A DNA stretch of 32,000 nucleotides from positions 30,001 through 62,000 of the forward strand of contig NZ_CP025989.1 of assembly GCF_003072485.1 (NCBI RefSeq). The letters run 5' to 3'. This DNA is from Candidatus Fokinia solitaria (GTDB taxonomy: Bacteria > Pseudomonadota > Alphaproteobacteria > Rickettsiales > Midichloriaceae). The number at the start of each line of letters is the position of its first letter. Positions within the stretch are counted from its first letter, which is position 1. Made by a program: the position numbers and the translations under genes. The notes below the pieces were generated by a model that ran no database searches, was not told where the DNA came from, and saw only the letters and a list, made by a program, of their open reading frames with translations. Of this stretch, positions 1 to 9,117 are shown in pieces.

Positions 1-1123
1 CTTTACTAGATAATACAAATACACCCATTAGCAATCGTCTTTTTACTTCTTCTCCGAGATACTTGCCTCTATGCATACTAATACTCTCATGAAAGTCTCC
101 GGTATTTTGGAGAGGAGTGCCATACCTTACCCCATCATATCTAGCTAAATTTGATGAAGCTTCAGCAGGTGCTATGATATAGTACACAGGTAGTGCATAT
201 TCCATTAATGGTAGAGATATTTCTATTAGTTTTGCGCCACTTGATTCAAGTTTATTCATTGTTTTTTGATAGCTAGAGGAAACGCCTTCACTCATCTTAA
301 ATCCTATTTTTTCAAGATTGAAGAAGCCGATCTTGACTCCTTTCATATCAATAGCTTGTAAAGTGCTAAGATTATTTTTTTCACTTTGAATAGAAGTATG
401 ATCACGAGCATCGTACCCCATTATTGTATCCAGCATTAACGCTGCGCACTTTGTAGAAGTACCAAAAACTGCTGGCTGATCTAGAGAGCTAGCAAATGAT
501 ATCATACCGTATCTTGAACATGTGCCATATGTAGGCTTTATACCTACAATGCCGCACAATGATGCAGGCTGTCTTACAGAGCCTCCTGTATCGCTTCCAA
601 GCGAAATAGGTACAATGCCACTGCTTACAGCGACAGCAGAACCTCCAGAAGATCCTCCAGCTGTAAGTTTTTGAGATAATTTTCTTTTATCTTGTAATAG
701 ATTAATGGTAGCACCGTATATTGAATAAGTCGTAGATGAGCCCATTGCAAATTCATCCATATTAGTTTTTCCTAGTGGAATGCAGCCCGCATCTAAAAGC
801 TTTTGTGTTACAGCGGATTCATAAGGTGGTATAAAGTCCTTTAAAATTGCCGAACAGGCAGTTGTTTTGATATTTTTTGTACAATACAGATCCTTTATTG
901 CTATAGGAATGCCATCAAGCGGTTTACTTCTTCCTTCTCTTATCCGCTTCTCAGCTTCTTCAGCTAACGAAAGCGCAATGGCAGAGGTGATTTCGCAAAA
1001 AAAATTGTATTCACGATTCAGAAGCTTCAGATGTTGAAGACGTTCTGTAATAAGTGCTACAGGAGATACATCTCCGCTTTTTAGCTTCGACAGAAGCGCG
1101 CTAACGGATAAACATTTTGTCAC
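1..1123 (-). CDS. gatA: Aspartyl/glutamyl-tRNA amidotransferase subunit A, partial (3' end beyond window)
   Basis: Open reverse frame from GTG at 1123: VTKCLSVSALLSKLKSGDVSP..., then GIPIAIKDL, GGSSGGSAVAVSSGIVPISLGSDTGGSVRQPASLCGIVGIKPTYG, the amidase Lys/cis-Ser/Ser signature. Runs off the window edge and is absent from the supplied ORF track. Confidence 0.95.
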   Translation of the reverse strand, partial: MTKCLSVSALLSKLKSGDVSPVALITERLQHLKLLNREYNFFCEITSAIALSLAEEAEKRIREGRSKPLDGIPIAIKDLYCTKNIKTTACSAILKDFIPPYESAVTQKLLDAGCIPLGKTNMDEFAMGSSTTYSIYGATINLLQDKRKLSQKLTAGGSSGGSAVAVSSGIVPISLGSDTGGSVRQPASLCGIVGIKPTYGTCSRYGMISFASSLDQPAVFGTSTKCAALMLDTIMGYDARDHTSIQSEKNNLSTLQAIDMKGVKIGFFNLEKIGFKMSEGVSSSYQKTMNKLESSGAKLIEISLPLMEYALPVYYIIAPAEASSNLARYDGVRYGTPLQNTGDFHESISMHRGKYLGEEVKRRLLMGVFVLSSK

Positions 1124-1151
1124 AATTATATCTCAATCTACAGAGTACGAA

Positions 1152-1361
1152 TTATTTAAATAGTATGAGTAAAGCCAATAGCAATGCAAATAATCCTAAT
1201 GCTTCAACCATTGCGCCACCTATAAAAGCAGCTTTTAACATATCACCGTAAGCTGAAGGATTACGCGCTGTACCGTTAATCAGAGCGGCAAAGATCAAGC
1301 CTAATCCGATAGCAGCACCAAGTAACCCAAAACAAGCTAATCCGATACCAACAGGTTCCAT
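1152..1361 (-). CDS. atpE: F0F1 ATP synthase subunit c
   Basis: 69 aa hairpin of two TM helices with ARNPSAYG loop and ion-binding Glu in MVEALGLFALLLALLILF. Confidence 0.95.
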   Translation of the reverse strand: MEPVGIGLACFGLLGAAIGLGLIFAALINGTARNPSAYGDMLKAAFIGGAMVEALGLFALLLALLILFK

Positions 1362-1408
1362 ATAAACTCTCGTAAACGTGTAAAAATCTCAACATCAGTG
1401 TAATCAAT

Positions 1409-1864
1409 CTAAATATCTTCTTCAATTCGTTTTTTTATAAAAATATAGAAAGCGCCGTTTCCTCCGTCTTTCTGTGTAGCTACGGTATACTGTTTTACAT
1501 ATTGTTTTATCTCATGAAAAGTAATCCAGTAGTAAAACAACTCTCTAAGTATGCCACGTTTACAAGATTCTGCATCATTAATAGACTTTCCCTTACCACC
1601 TGTAATGAGTAATAAAAACCTTTCTCCGCTAAGATACATACTCTTTACAAGTGAAAGAAAAGCTTCATATGCTTCGTCTCTCTTCATACCGTGCAGATCG
1701 AGCACTTTATCAAAGATGATATTTTCCCTGAATACTTCTTGTGACTTCCTACCATTCGAACATTGTACTTTCGAAATTTCATCTCGCTTCTTCTCTTTTT
1801 TCACTGAGATAATTCCTGCGCAGAACTCTCTCCACACACGTTCGCACTCATCGTGTATTTTCAT
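1409..1864 (-). CDS. Smr domain-containing protein
   Basis: LDLHGMKRDEAYEAF ... LLLITGGKGKS ... GNGAFYIFIKKR matches Smr domain layout (LDLHG and TGKG-like motif). Confidence 0.85.
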   Translation of the reverse strand: MKIHDECERVWREFCAGIISVKKEKKRDEISKVQCSNGRKSQEVFRENIIFDKVLDLHGMKRDEAYEAFLSLVKSMYLSGERFLLLITGGKGKSINDAESCKRGILRELFYYWITFHEIKQYVKQYTVATQKDGGNGAFYIFIKKRIEEDI

Positions 1865-1896
1865 GATATAATCAACGGTGCTTACATTTCACTATG

Positions 1897-2736
1897 TTAT
1901 GAGCATTTTTCCTCTGCGATAAAAAAAGCTTTTAACTTTACTAATGCTTCTTTTTCTATCTGTCTTACTCTCTCTGCGGAAATATTATGCTTCGTAGCGA
2001 CATCATTTAAGGTTAAGGTATGTTCTGCTAAAAATCTGTCTTCTATGATACTAGCCTCTCTCGAAGAAAGTTGTGAGAGACCTGTCTTCAATACTTGGAG
2101 TTTAGTACTAGATTCTTCTTCATGAGCAAGCAAAGCATCTATATCATACGTCGTACTATCGTTCCAAATCTCTTCATTTGTACTATTCTCAGTATTCAAA
2201 GATGGTGCGTTCAAGCTTACGATATGCTTGACATTGATAAATTCACTGTCGGTAATTTCCGCTTCACTGAGTTTTTCTCTTATTTTTGTATTTTTATAAA
2301 AGAGCCTCTTTTTTAAAGATGAGGTGCTTATTTTTAGAAGTGACCATGAACGTAAAATAAACTCTTGTATTGAAGCTTTTATCCACCACATTGCATAAGT
2401 AGCTAACTTGCAATGCATATCCATTTTGAATTTCTTTACCGCATGCATCAATCCAAGCGTACCTTCTGAAAGTAAATCCATGATTGATATTCCATAAGAC
2501 TTGTACTGTGTGGCAATCTTCAACACCATCCTCATATGCGCCATTACCAATTTTTGCGCAGCTTGCACATCTCCATTTACACACCAATCATGAATGAGTG
2601 CACTCTCCTCTTCAGCGGTTAGTAATGGTATCTCTCTTATTTTTGAGATATAAGCAGACAGATTCGCTTCTTCCGAATTTAGTCGAACTACACTGCTTTT
2701 TAAGACTGTCATATCGTATAAACAATGTTTTTCCAT
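1897..2736 (-). CDS. rpoH: RNA polymerase sigma-32 factor (heat shock sigma)
   Basis: Region 2 (AHMRMVLKIATQYKSYGISIMDLLSEGTLGLMHAVKKF...ATYAMWWIKASIQEFILRSWSLLKIST) and region 4 HTH (LNDVATKHNISAERVRQIEKEALVKLK); the QEFILRSWSL context is RpoH-like. Confidence 0.9.
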   Translation of the reverse strand: MEKHCLYDMTVLKSSVVRLNSEEANLSAYISKIREIPLLTAEEESALIHDWCVNGDVQAAQKLVMAHMRMVLKIATQYKSYGISIMDLLSEGTLGLMHAVKKFKMDMHCKLATYAMWWIKASIQEFILRSWSLLKISTSSLKKRLFYKNTKIREKLSEAEITDSEFINVKHIVSLNAPSLNTENSTNEEIWNDSTTYDIDALLAHEEESSTKLQVLKTGLSQLSSREASIIEDRFLAEHTLTLNDVATKHNISAERVRQIEKEALVKLKAFFIAEEKCS

Positions 2737-2800
2737 GTAACTGTGTATAGTATAGCTGATAAAGAGAAAAAGAAGAAGAAAATTACACTTTTCTTTTTCT

Positions 2801-4564
2801 TTATGCTTTCAATTGCGCGTTGTTATGAACGTCTTTGACGATAGCGCCGTTTGCCATCTCTATTACTCTTGTCGCGTACTGCATGTAAGAGTCTCTATGA
2901 GTGATGAAGATAACGGTCTTTTCTTTTGCATTTTCACAAATTGCGTTTAATACCTTTTTCTCGGTAATTTTATCCATCTGAGAAGTTGCTTCATCAAAAA
3001 TTATCAAATCTGTATCTTTTCGAAGTAGTGCTCTTATAAGCAGTATCATCTGTTTCTGTCCTCCGGAAAGCTTGATACCCTTTTCTCCGACAATGGAGTC
3101 ATATTTTTTCTCCAATTTCTCTATATGCTCTGCTATTCCTACCATATGTGCCATTTTTATTGCATCTTCTTTACTTACTCCATAGCTTCCATATGTAATA
3201 TTCTCCATAATAGTTCTATGAAATAAAGTGCTATTCTGTGTAATTATCGCCGAATATTGTAATAATTTATTATGATGTTTTGTTATGACGCTACCGCTAT
3301 CCGGACTAATAATATGCAGCATTATATTTGCAAGAGTAGTTTTCCCGCTTCCAGTAGCGCCGATTATTGCTACTTTCTCCTGCTTTTTGATTGATAACTC
3401 ATCCAATTTCATTACGAAATGCCCTCTTTGCAATACGATTTTTTGTAAAAATATGATGTTATCTCCGGAATCTGATGCATATGCATACGGCAACTTGGTA
3501 TCATAGTCTGTGTTAGGCGCTCTTTGCAAAAGTAATGTCGACACGTCATACGTGTTGCATATTTGCCCGATATCGTTCACTGCTTGCGATATTCTACCGA
3601 GAAGTCGAGACATTTTAATAAATTCTGCCATAAACTTCCAAAGATATCCGAAGCACTTACCTATAAGGGAGAAAAATAATGCAAAATCACCGATAGTAAT
3701 TACGTGATCGCGATATTGAATGAACAAAAAATAAAGTCCTCCGCAAAATACAGCAACATACCATCCAGAAAAAAAAATCATTAACGGGATAACTGTGGTT
3801 TGAAATTTTACTTCTTTTCGTATTGCTATGCTTGTCATATTAGCGATATTTTTCTTTTCATTTTTTTGAAAAGAATTCGTAATTACACACCATATATTGC
3901 TAAGTATATCGACTATTGTGCCGTGTATATTGGAAGTTGCACGCCATGCGTCATCAGCTGCTTTTACCGATATCCTTAAGTACATCGTGTTAGAGATGAT
4001 AAATACGCAACTTAGTGCAAAAGAAGATAGACCTAATAAAAGGGATAGCTTTGATAGCACGCAGGATGCTATGAGAAAGAATATGCATGGAGTAATTAAC
4101 CTTTCTGCTGTAGCGAAGAATTCGCTTATACCAAAAGCTAAATCTCCAACTTTCATGGAGACGGTGCCGCTAAATATATTATTGTATGACGGTAACGAAA
4201 CGTGCAGTAATTGACTCATCACTCTTTCATAGCTCATTTTTTTAACGCTAGGTATGAATCTTATGTTCATTAAGTAGTGATTCAAGACGTAGTTTATGCA
4301 TATTGCTGCACATACGAAAATCCACGATAAGATGTAAAATAAGGATGATTTTTGAGACTGAAAATCAGCAGAAGATACATAATTCATGATCTCCTTTAGT
4401 ATTTGTGCTTGATAAGTCGATAAGCATACCCACGTTATGCAGGTAAAGAGTATGCAAGAAGCTATCTTCCATCTTTCTCTTAGCAATGGTATTGCTACCT
4501 TTATTAAGGAGATATTAGGCATTTTAAGCGATACAAGCTGCTGGAAATCAGCTAGATAATACAC
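2801..4564 (-). CDS. ABC transporter, fused permease/ATPase half-transporter
   Basis: N-terminal multi-TM region; NBD with Walker A GATGSGKTT, signature LSGGQKQ, Walker B DLIIFDEAT, H-loop FITHR. Confidence 0.9.
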   Translation of the reverse strand: MYYLADFQQLVSLKMPNISLIKVAIPLLRERWKIASCILFTCITWVCLSTYQAQILKEIMNYVSSADFQSQKSSLFYILSWIFVCAAICINYVLNHYLMNIRFIPSVKKMSYERVMSQLLHVSLPSYNNIFSGTVSMKVGDLAFGISEFFATAERLITPCIFFLIASCVLSKLSLLLGLSSFALSCVFIISNTMYLRISVKAADDAWRATSNIHGTIVDILSNIWCVITNSFQKNEKKNIANMTSIAIRKEVKFQTTVIPLMIFFSGWYVAVFCGGLYFLFIQYRDHVITIGDFALFFSLIGKCFGYLWKFMAEFIKMSRLLGRISQAVNDIGQICNTYDVSTLLLQRAPNTDYDTKLPYAYASDSGDNIIFLQKIVLQRGHFVMKLDELSIKKQEKVAIIGATGSGKTTLANIMLHIISPDSGSVITKHHNKLLQYSAIITQNSTLFHRTIMENITYGSYGVSKEDAIKMAHMVGIAEHIEKLEKKYDSIVGEKGIKLSGGQKQMILLIRALLRKDTDLIIFDEATSQMDKITEKKVLNAICENAKEKTVIFITHRDSYMQYATRVIEMANGAIVKDVHNNAQLKA

Positions 4565-4659
4565 ATGCTACGTGGAAAAGAAAATACCGTCGGCGATGGT
4601 ATTGATATTGCTTAGCATGTAAGCTATTTTGCTTAGAAGAACGATTAAGCGTATAAAAG

Positions 4660-5223
4660 ATGCTTCAGCGAGTGTCGTGGTTGTTTCGACGAAAGAAAAA
4701 AGTGCCACCGACAATTTCTATTAATGGTGTTGCTTATAATATTCCAAGTTTTGATAGAAGATTGCTTGGCTGGCTTGTAGATGTGATGCTGTTGGCATTT
4801 TTGCTAATGCCAGTGTCTGAGTTCTTATACGTGAAATTGTCTATAGCATCAGAATTGGCCAAATTTTCAGAATCTTCTGACATTACGTCTCTAGATTCAT
4901 TCTTGAGTAGCGTAGGGCCGCACTTTTTAATAAAGTATGTTGCGGTTCAAGTGATAGCACTTCTTATATCAGTATTGTACTTTGTTGTATCTCTCGCCTT
5001 ATATGGTAGAACTTTAGGAAAATTTGTCACTGGATGTATAGTGTTAGAAGTGGATAGTGGACAAAAAATCTCAGTACGTACTGCAATTTTGAGAACTGCA
5101 CTATATCTTGTTTCAGTATTGCCGTTTTGCATTGGACTTATACTTTTTATACCGTTCTCAAAGTACGGAATGGCACTACACGATCGTTGTATGCATACTG
5201 TAGTGGTGTTGAGAGGAAAGTAG
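4660..5223 (+). CDS. RDD family membrane protein
   Basis: FDRRLLGWLVDVMLLAFLL ... GRTLGKFVTGCIVLE ... LHDRCMHTVVV follows the RDD pattern. Confidence 0.8.
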   Translation: MLQRVSWLFRRKKKVPPTISINGVAYNIPSFDRRLLGWLVDVMLLAFLLMPVSEFLYVKLSIASELAKFSESSDITSLDSFLSSVGPHFLIKYVAVQVIALLISVLYFVVSLALYGRTLGKFVTGCIVLEVDSGQKISVRTAILRTALYLVSVLPFCIGLILFIPFSKYGMALHDRCMHTVVVLRGK

Positions 5224-5272
5224 AGATAGCGATTTACTTGCTATATATCATGCTATATCATGTAATGTTAGT

Positions 5273-6517
5273 ATGCGTTATGTAATATTAGATATGTTTT
5301 TACGTCATATACTGATCTTGCTGAGTCCACTCGCGTTCTTTGGGTATCAATTTATATTGCGACTGTGGCCGGGTCTGTTGCTGAATCACTTTATTTCGCA
5401 ATTCAGTATTCCTATTGAACAGTTTGGTATTCTGAATGGCGCGTATTACTGTGGATATTCTTTGATGCAGATTCCGATTGCGATGTTACTTACAAAGTAC
5501 CACGTACGGTATATACTTGCTTTTAGTGTGAAAATGGCAGGCATATGTTTTGTAATCTTTACTAATACCGACTCGTTTCTAATAGCGATTATTACAAGAT
5601 TCATTACAGGTGCAGCATCAGCGTCAGCCTTTTTATGCGTATCTAAAGTTGCGATGGAGTATTTTTCTCCAGCGAATTACGGAAAAATCATAGGCTGGTC
5701 GTTTTCGATAGGACTATTAGGTGCGTTATACGGTGGTAAACCTACCGTAATGCTTATAGAATGCTATGGCATAGGAAAAGTTTCATCCGTGTTAGCAATT
5801 ACATCTATTGCGATATCAACGCTTGCTCTCTTTACGCTGAGAAAATACAAGAATACTATTGATAGTACGAGAGGTAATCAAAATGTATGGAAGAGTCTAA
5901 GAGAAATGATTTCACTAGAAATTGTTGTATTAAGTATTGCCAATTTCTTGATGGTCGGTGCTCTTGAAGGTTTTGCAGACGTGTGGGGAGTGAATTATTT
6001 GATGAATGCATTTGATATGGAGAAAGGAGATGCGGCATCTATAGTCTCATTTATATTTATGGGGATGATATTTGGAGGGCCGATCTTAGCAATGCTTGGT
6101 AAAAAATGTGGCAACATTAATACCGTATTATGCTGTGCTATAACGTTATCTCTCACATTTATATGCCTCATTTTTTGTAGTGATTTGAGTCCAATTCTGC
6201 TTACAGTACTGTTTTTACTAACTGGAGTAGCGTGTTGTTATCAAGTACTTGTATTTGCAATAGGATGTGCCATTACTCATAAAGATTCTCATAATATTGC
6301 GATAGCGTTTCTTAATACTACTAATATGCTTGGGGGCTTTTACTTCCATACCGCGATAGGATATATCATAAGATTTTTTAGCCCTGCAAATATGCATTAT
6401 ACTACATATTCGTATAAGTGTGGAATCGCTATAATACCAATATGTGCCGTAATAAGTGTATTCATGTTGCTATTGCTGAGATTTAGTTCACTCTTTAAAA
6501 AAGCTCAATATTCATGA
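5273..6517 (+). CDS. Major facilitator superfamily (MFS) transporter
   Basis: About 12 hydrophobic segments; FGILNGAYYCGYSLMQIPIAMLLTKYHVR N-terminal MFS pattern. Confidence 0.85.
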   Translation: MRYVILDMFLRHILILLSPLAFFGYQFILRLWPGLLLNHFISQFSIPIEQFGILNGAYYCGYSLMQIPIAMLLTKYHVRYILAFSVKMAGICFVIFTNTDSFLIAIITRFITGAASASAFLCVSKVAMEYFSPANYGKIIGWSFSIGLLGALYGGKPTVMLIECYGIGKVSSVLAITSIAISTLALFTLRKYKNTIDSTRGNQNVWKSLREMISLEIVVLSIANFLMVGALEGFADVWGVNYLMNAFDMEKGDAASIVSFIFMGMIFGGPILAMLGKKCGNINTVLCCAITLSLTFICLIFCSDLSPILLTVLFLLTGVACCYQVLVFAIGCAITHKDSHNIAIAFLNTTNMLGGFYFHTAIGYIIRFFSPANMHYTTYSYKCGIAIIPICAVISVFMLLLLRFSSLFKKAQYS

Positions 6518-6577
6518 GATATAGTTGCTAATAACTCTTTATATTTTTAGGAAGTGCTCTATAAATAGTAAGTAAAT

Positions 6578-6661
6578 GCGAACGTGGCGGAATGGTATAC
6601 GCGCTAGACTTAGGATCTAGTGTTTCAAGACATAAGGGTTCAAGTCCCTTCGTTCGCACCA
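6578..6661 (+). tRNA. tRNA-Leu (anticodon UAG), 3' CCA encoded
   Basis: Acceptor GCGAACG pairs with CGTTCGC; anticodon loop cttagga; long variable arm; T-arm AGGGTTCAAGTCCCT; ends ACCA. Confidence 0.95.
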
Positions 6662-6763
6662 AGTGCAAGTTTTATAAAAATACGTACTATAGTAATAGAA
6701 AACTATTTCATAAATTAGTGTGATTCTTTATTCTTAATATAGAATACGGTGTGAAATGCTTTC

Positions 6764-8071
6764 ATGAAGCAGTGTTTCGTGCAGCGCTTTGCAGTGATAG
6801 CGCTTGTGTGCATGTGCGTGTCAGTAACATGCATGATTGTGATGTGTTCTGCTACTGGTGCTACTAGTCAATCTTATAATAAAGTAAAGTATGTGGACCC
6901 TTTTAAGGGACTGTTTCTGACTGCAGGCGCAGATTTATCGATAATTCCACAATTAACTCTAAGCAAACCAATTGTAGTACGAATAGATTCTTCTGATAAC
7001 AAAGTAACAGATATAAAAAATATCACGAATAGTGCTGTGAGTTTTTTTTCGCCTACTATAGGAATTGGCTACATGTTTCCTTATGAAATCGCGCTTATTG
7101 GTACTTTTAGTATAGGTGCATTAAATATTTCTAGTGATAAATTAGTGATATCCGATCAGTTTCGTATTGAGATGAGTGATTTAGAAGTAAGTCTTGTGAA
7201 GTACTTTAATTTGACAAGAATGATAAAGCCCTTCATAGGAGTATCAGTCGGTAGCACAATTCTGCAATATAGCTTACACGATCTTAGACAAGTTGATAAG
7301 AATGGAAACGTTTCAGATAAAAGAGCTATTGCATTGACAAATTTACAGGTACGGCAATCTATAGATTTTAATCAATTCACTTTTTATACAAAAGATCCAA
7401 AAACAAGCAATTCGGTATCTTCTGCTAAAGTATGCGTTGTGGAATCTGTAGGAGATACGTGTAAAGCAGTATCATATTTGGATGGCAAAAATGTTCTGAA
7501 CTTCGGATATAGTGCAGGCGATGTTTCTTCTATCAATGTGCTATTAGATGAAGCGGCTAATAATGGTAATATAGAAACTGAAAAAAATAATTTCGCTTTT
7601 TTCGGTATGCAAGGAGGCGTTGCTTTTAGACATTGTAATGTGCAGCTTGAGATTTTCGGTACTGTCAGATTGCAAGATGCTAAATTAAAATTGCAACACA
7701 ATCTCTTCGGTTCTTACGATGCGCAAAATAAACTAGTAAATACTTATACTTACGAAGATATAGCAAAGATGCTTGACGATAGAGGTAGATACTATGTGAT
7801 ACCGATGCAAAATAACGGAGAATGCAGTACGTTTGATGCAAATCAAGCATGCAATAGTCTTGATAATGATCTTTCAGATATGCCTACAGCTTTCTTACAA
7901 GGAGGACAAGCTGCCAAATTGCAGCGTTCAGCTATAAGATACTTTTTTACCGAAGAATATGAAGCAGCTACGGCAGATGTTGAAACGAATAGCCAAGCTA
8001 TGATAATTGATGGAGATATTGTTCAAAATATAAGTTATGGTATTGGTGCAAGGCTTTCCGTATCATTTTAA
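6764..8071 (+). CDS. Putative outer-membrane/surface antigen-like beta-barrel protein
   Basis: Hydrophobic N-terminal leader, alternating beta-strand-like segments (SPTIGIGYMFPYEIALIGTFSIGAL, FFGMQGGVAFRHCNVQLEIFG), C-terminal ...SYGIGARLSVSF with terminal Phe. Confidence 0.65.
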   Translation: MKQCFVQRFAVIALVCMCVSVTCMIVMCSATGATSQSYNKVKYVDPFKGLFLTAGADLSIIPQLTLSKPIVVRIDSSDNKVTDIKNITNSAVSFFSPTIGIGYMFPYEIALIGTFSIGALNISSDKLVISDQFRIEMSDLEVSLVKYFNLTRMIKPFIGVSVGSTILQYSLHDLRQVDKNGNVSDKRAIALTNLQVRQSIDFNQFTFYTKDPKTSNSVSSAKVCVVESVGDTCKAVSYLDGKNVLNFGYSAGDVSSINVLLDEAANNGNIETEKNNFAFFGMQGGVAFRHCNVQLEIFGTVRLQDAKLKLQHNLFGSYDAQNKLVNTYTYEDIAKMLDDRGRYYVIPMQNNGECSTFDANQACNSLDNDLSDMPTAFLQGGQAAKLQRSAIRYFFTEEYEAATADVETNSQAMIIDGDIVQNISYGIGARLSVSF

Positions 8072-8138
8072 GGTGAAGTGTAGCGGAGAAATGGAGAAGA
8101 GTCGTGATTATCTCTTATAAATATTTTTCTTCGTACTT

Positions 8139-9107
8139 ATGAGTATCATCATTTCATCGATTATCTTGTTATTATGCGTCTTGCTTACGACGGCTTATCT
8201 GACTTTAATTGAAAGAAAGTTAATAGGCTTCATACAATTGAGAGTAGGGCCAAGTATGGTTGGTGTTTTCGGAATATTACAGCCTGTAGCGGATACAATT
8301 AAGTTGTTATTTAAAGAGCCAATAATACCGCATAAAGCAGATAAAATACTATTTCTTACAGCGCCTCTTCTGATGATGGTAATAGCATTATTTGCATGGG
8401 TGGCTATACCAATAGGAGATTTCTGTATCAGTAATCTGAATTTAGGTATTTTGTTTGTCTTATCTGTGTCATCTCTTTCTGTATACAGCATTATATTAGC
8501 AGGGCTTGCAAGTAACTCTAAATATCCATTTTTAGCAGCTATAAGAGCGACTGCGCAAATGATTTCGTATGAATTAACAATGGGCTTGTGTATTCTTTCC
8601 GTCGTTGTAGTTGCTGGTAGTGGTAATCTTATTGATATAGTATACATGCAGACAGATATCTCATGGCTTTTAAGGCTTTTAATGTATCCAGTTGGTGTGT
8701 TATTTTTCATATGCGCTCTTGCAGAAACAAATAGACATCCTTTTGACTTAGCGGAAGCTGAAAGTGAGCTTGTAGCAGGGTATCACTCAGAATACTCTTC
8801 TATGCAATTTGCGATGTTTTTTCTAGGAGAGTATGCTAACATGGCATTGATGAGTAGTTTGACTACGTTGCTGTTCTTAGGTGGATGGTTGCCGCCGTTT
8901 GATATTCAATTTCTTGAGTGTGTGCCGTCGGTAGTGTGGTTTTTAGTGAAGACTTTAAGTTGTTTAATGTTATTCATAATAGTGAGAGCAGTGTTACCGA
9001 GATATAGGTATGATCAATTGCTTAGAATAGGATGGGAGCGTTTGTTACCAATATCATTTATTTTGTTTATGCTCATTACTGCTACAAAATACTACTTAAC
9101 ACACTAA
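8139..9107 (+). CDS. nuoH: NADH-quinone oxidoreductase subunit H
   Basis: LIERKLIGFIQLRVGPSMVGVFGILQPVADTIKLLFKE and PFDLAEAESELVAGYHSEYSSMQFAMFFLGEYANM are NuoH hallmarks. Confidence 0.97.
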   Translation: MSIIISSIILLLCVLLTTAYLTLIERKLIGFIQLRVGPSMVGVFGILQPVADTIKLLFKEPIIPHKADKILFLTAPLLMMVIALFAWVAIPIGDFCISNLNLGILFVLSVSSLSVYSIILAGLASNSKYPFLAAIRATAQMISYELTMGLCILSVVVVAGSGNLIDIVYMQTDISWLLRLLMYPVGVLFFICALAETNRHPFDLAEAESELVAGYHSEYSSMQFAMFFLGEYANMALMSSLTTLLFLGGWLPPFDIQFLECVPSVVWFLVKTLSCLMLFIIVRAVLPRYRYDQLLRIGWERLLPISFILFMLITATKYYLTH

Positions 9108-9117
9108 GAAAGTTGCT

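Noticed and set aside
1551-1871. 106 aa plus-strand ORF opposite the Smr gene
   Set aside because: Antisense to the LDLHG-containing gene; no domain signature.
3897-4214. 105 aa plus-strand ORF opposite an ABC transporter
   Set aside because: Antisense shadow ORF without recognisable features.
7384-7701. 105 aa minus-strand ORF inside the 6764-8071 gene
   Set aside because: Antisense shadow of a convincing coding sequence, no independent support.
8195-8710. 171 aa minus-strand ORF opposite nuoH
   Set aside because: Fully antisense to a strongly conserved coding gene; low-complexity, no recognisable motif; a shadow ORF from codon usage.
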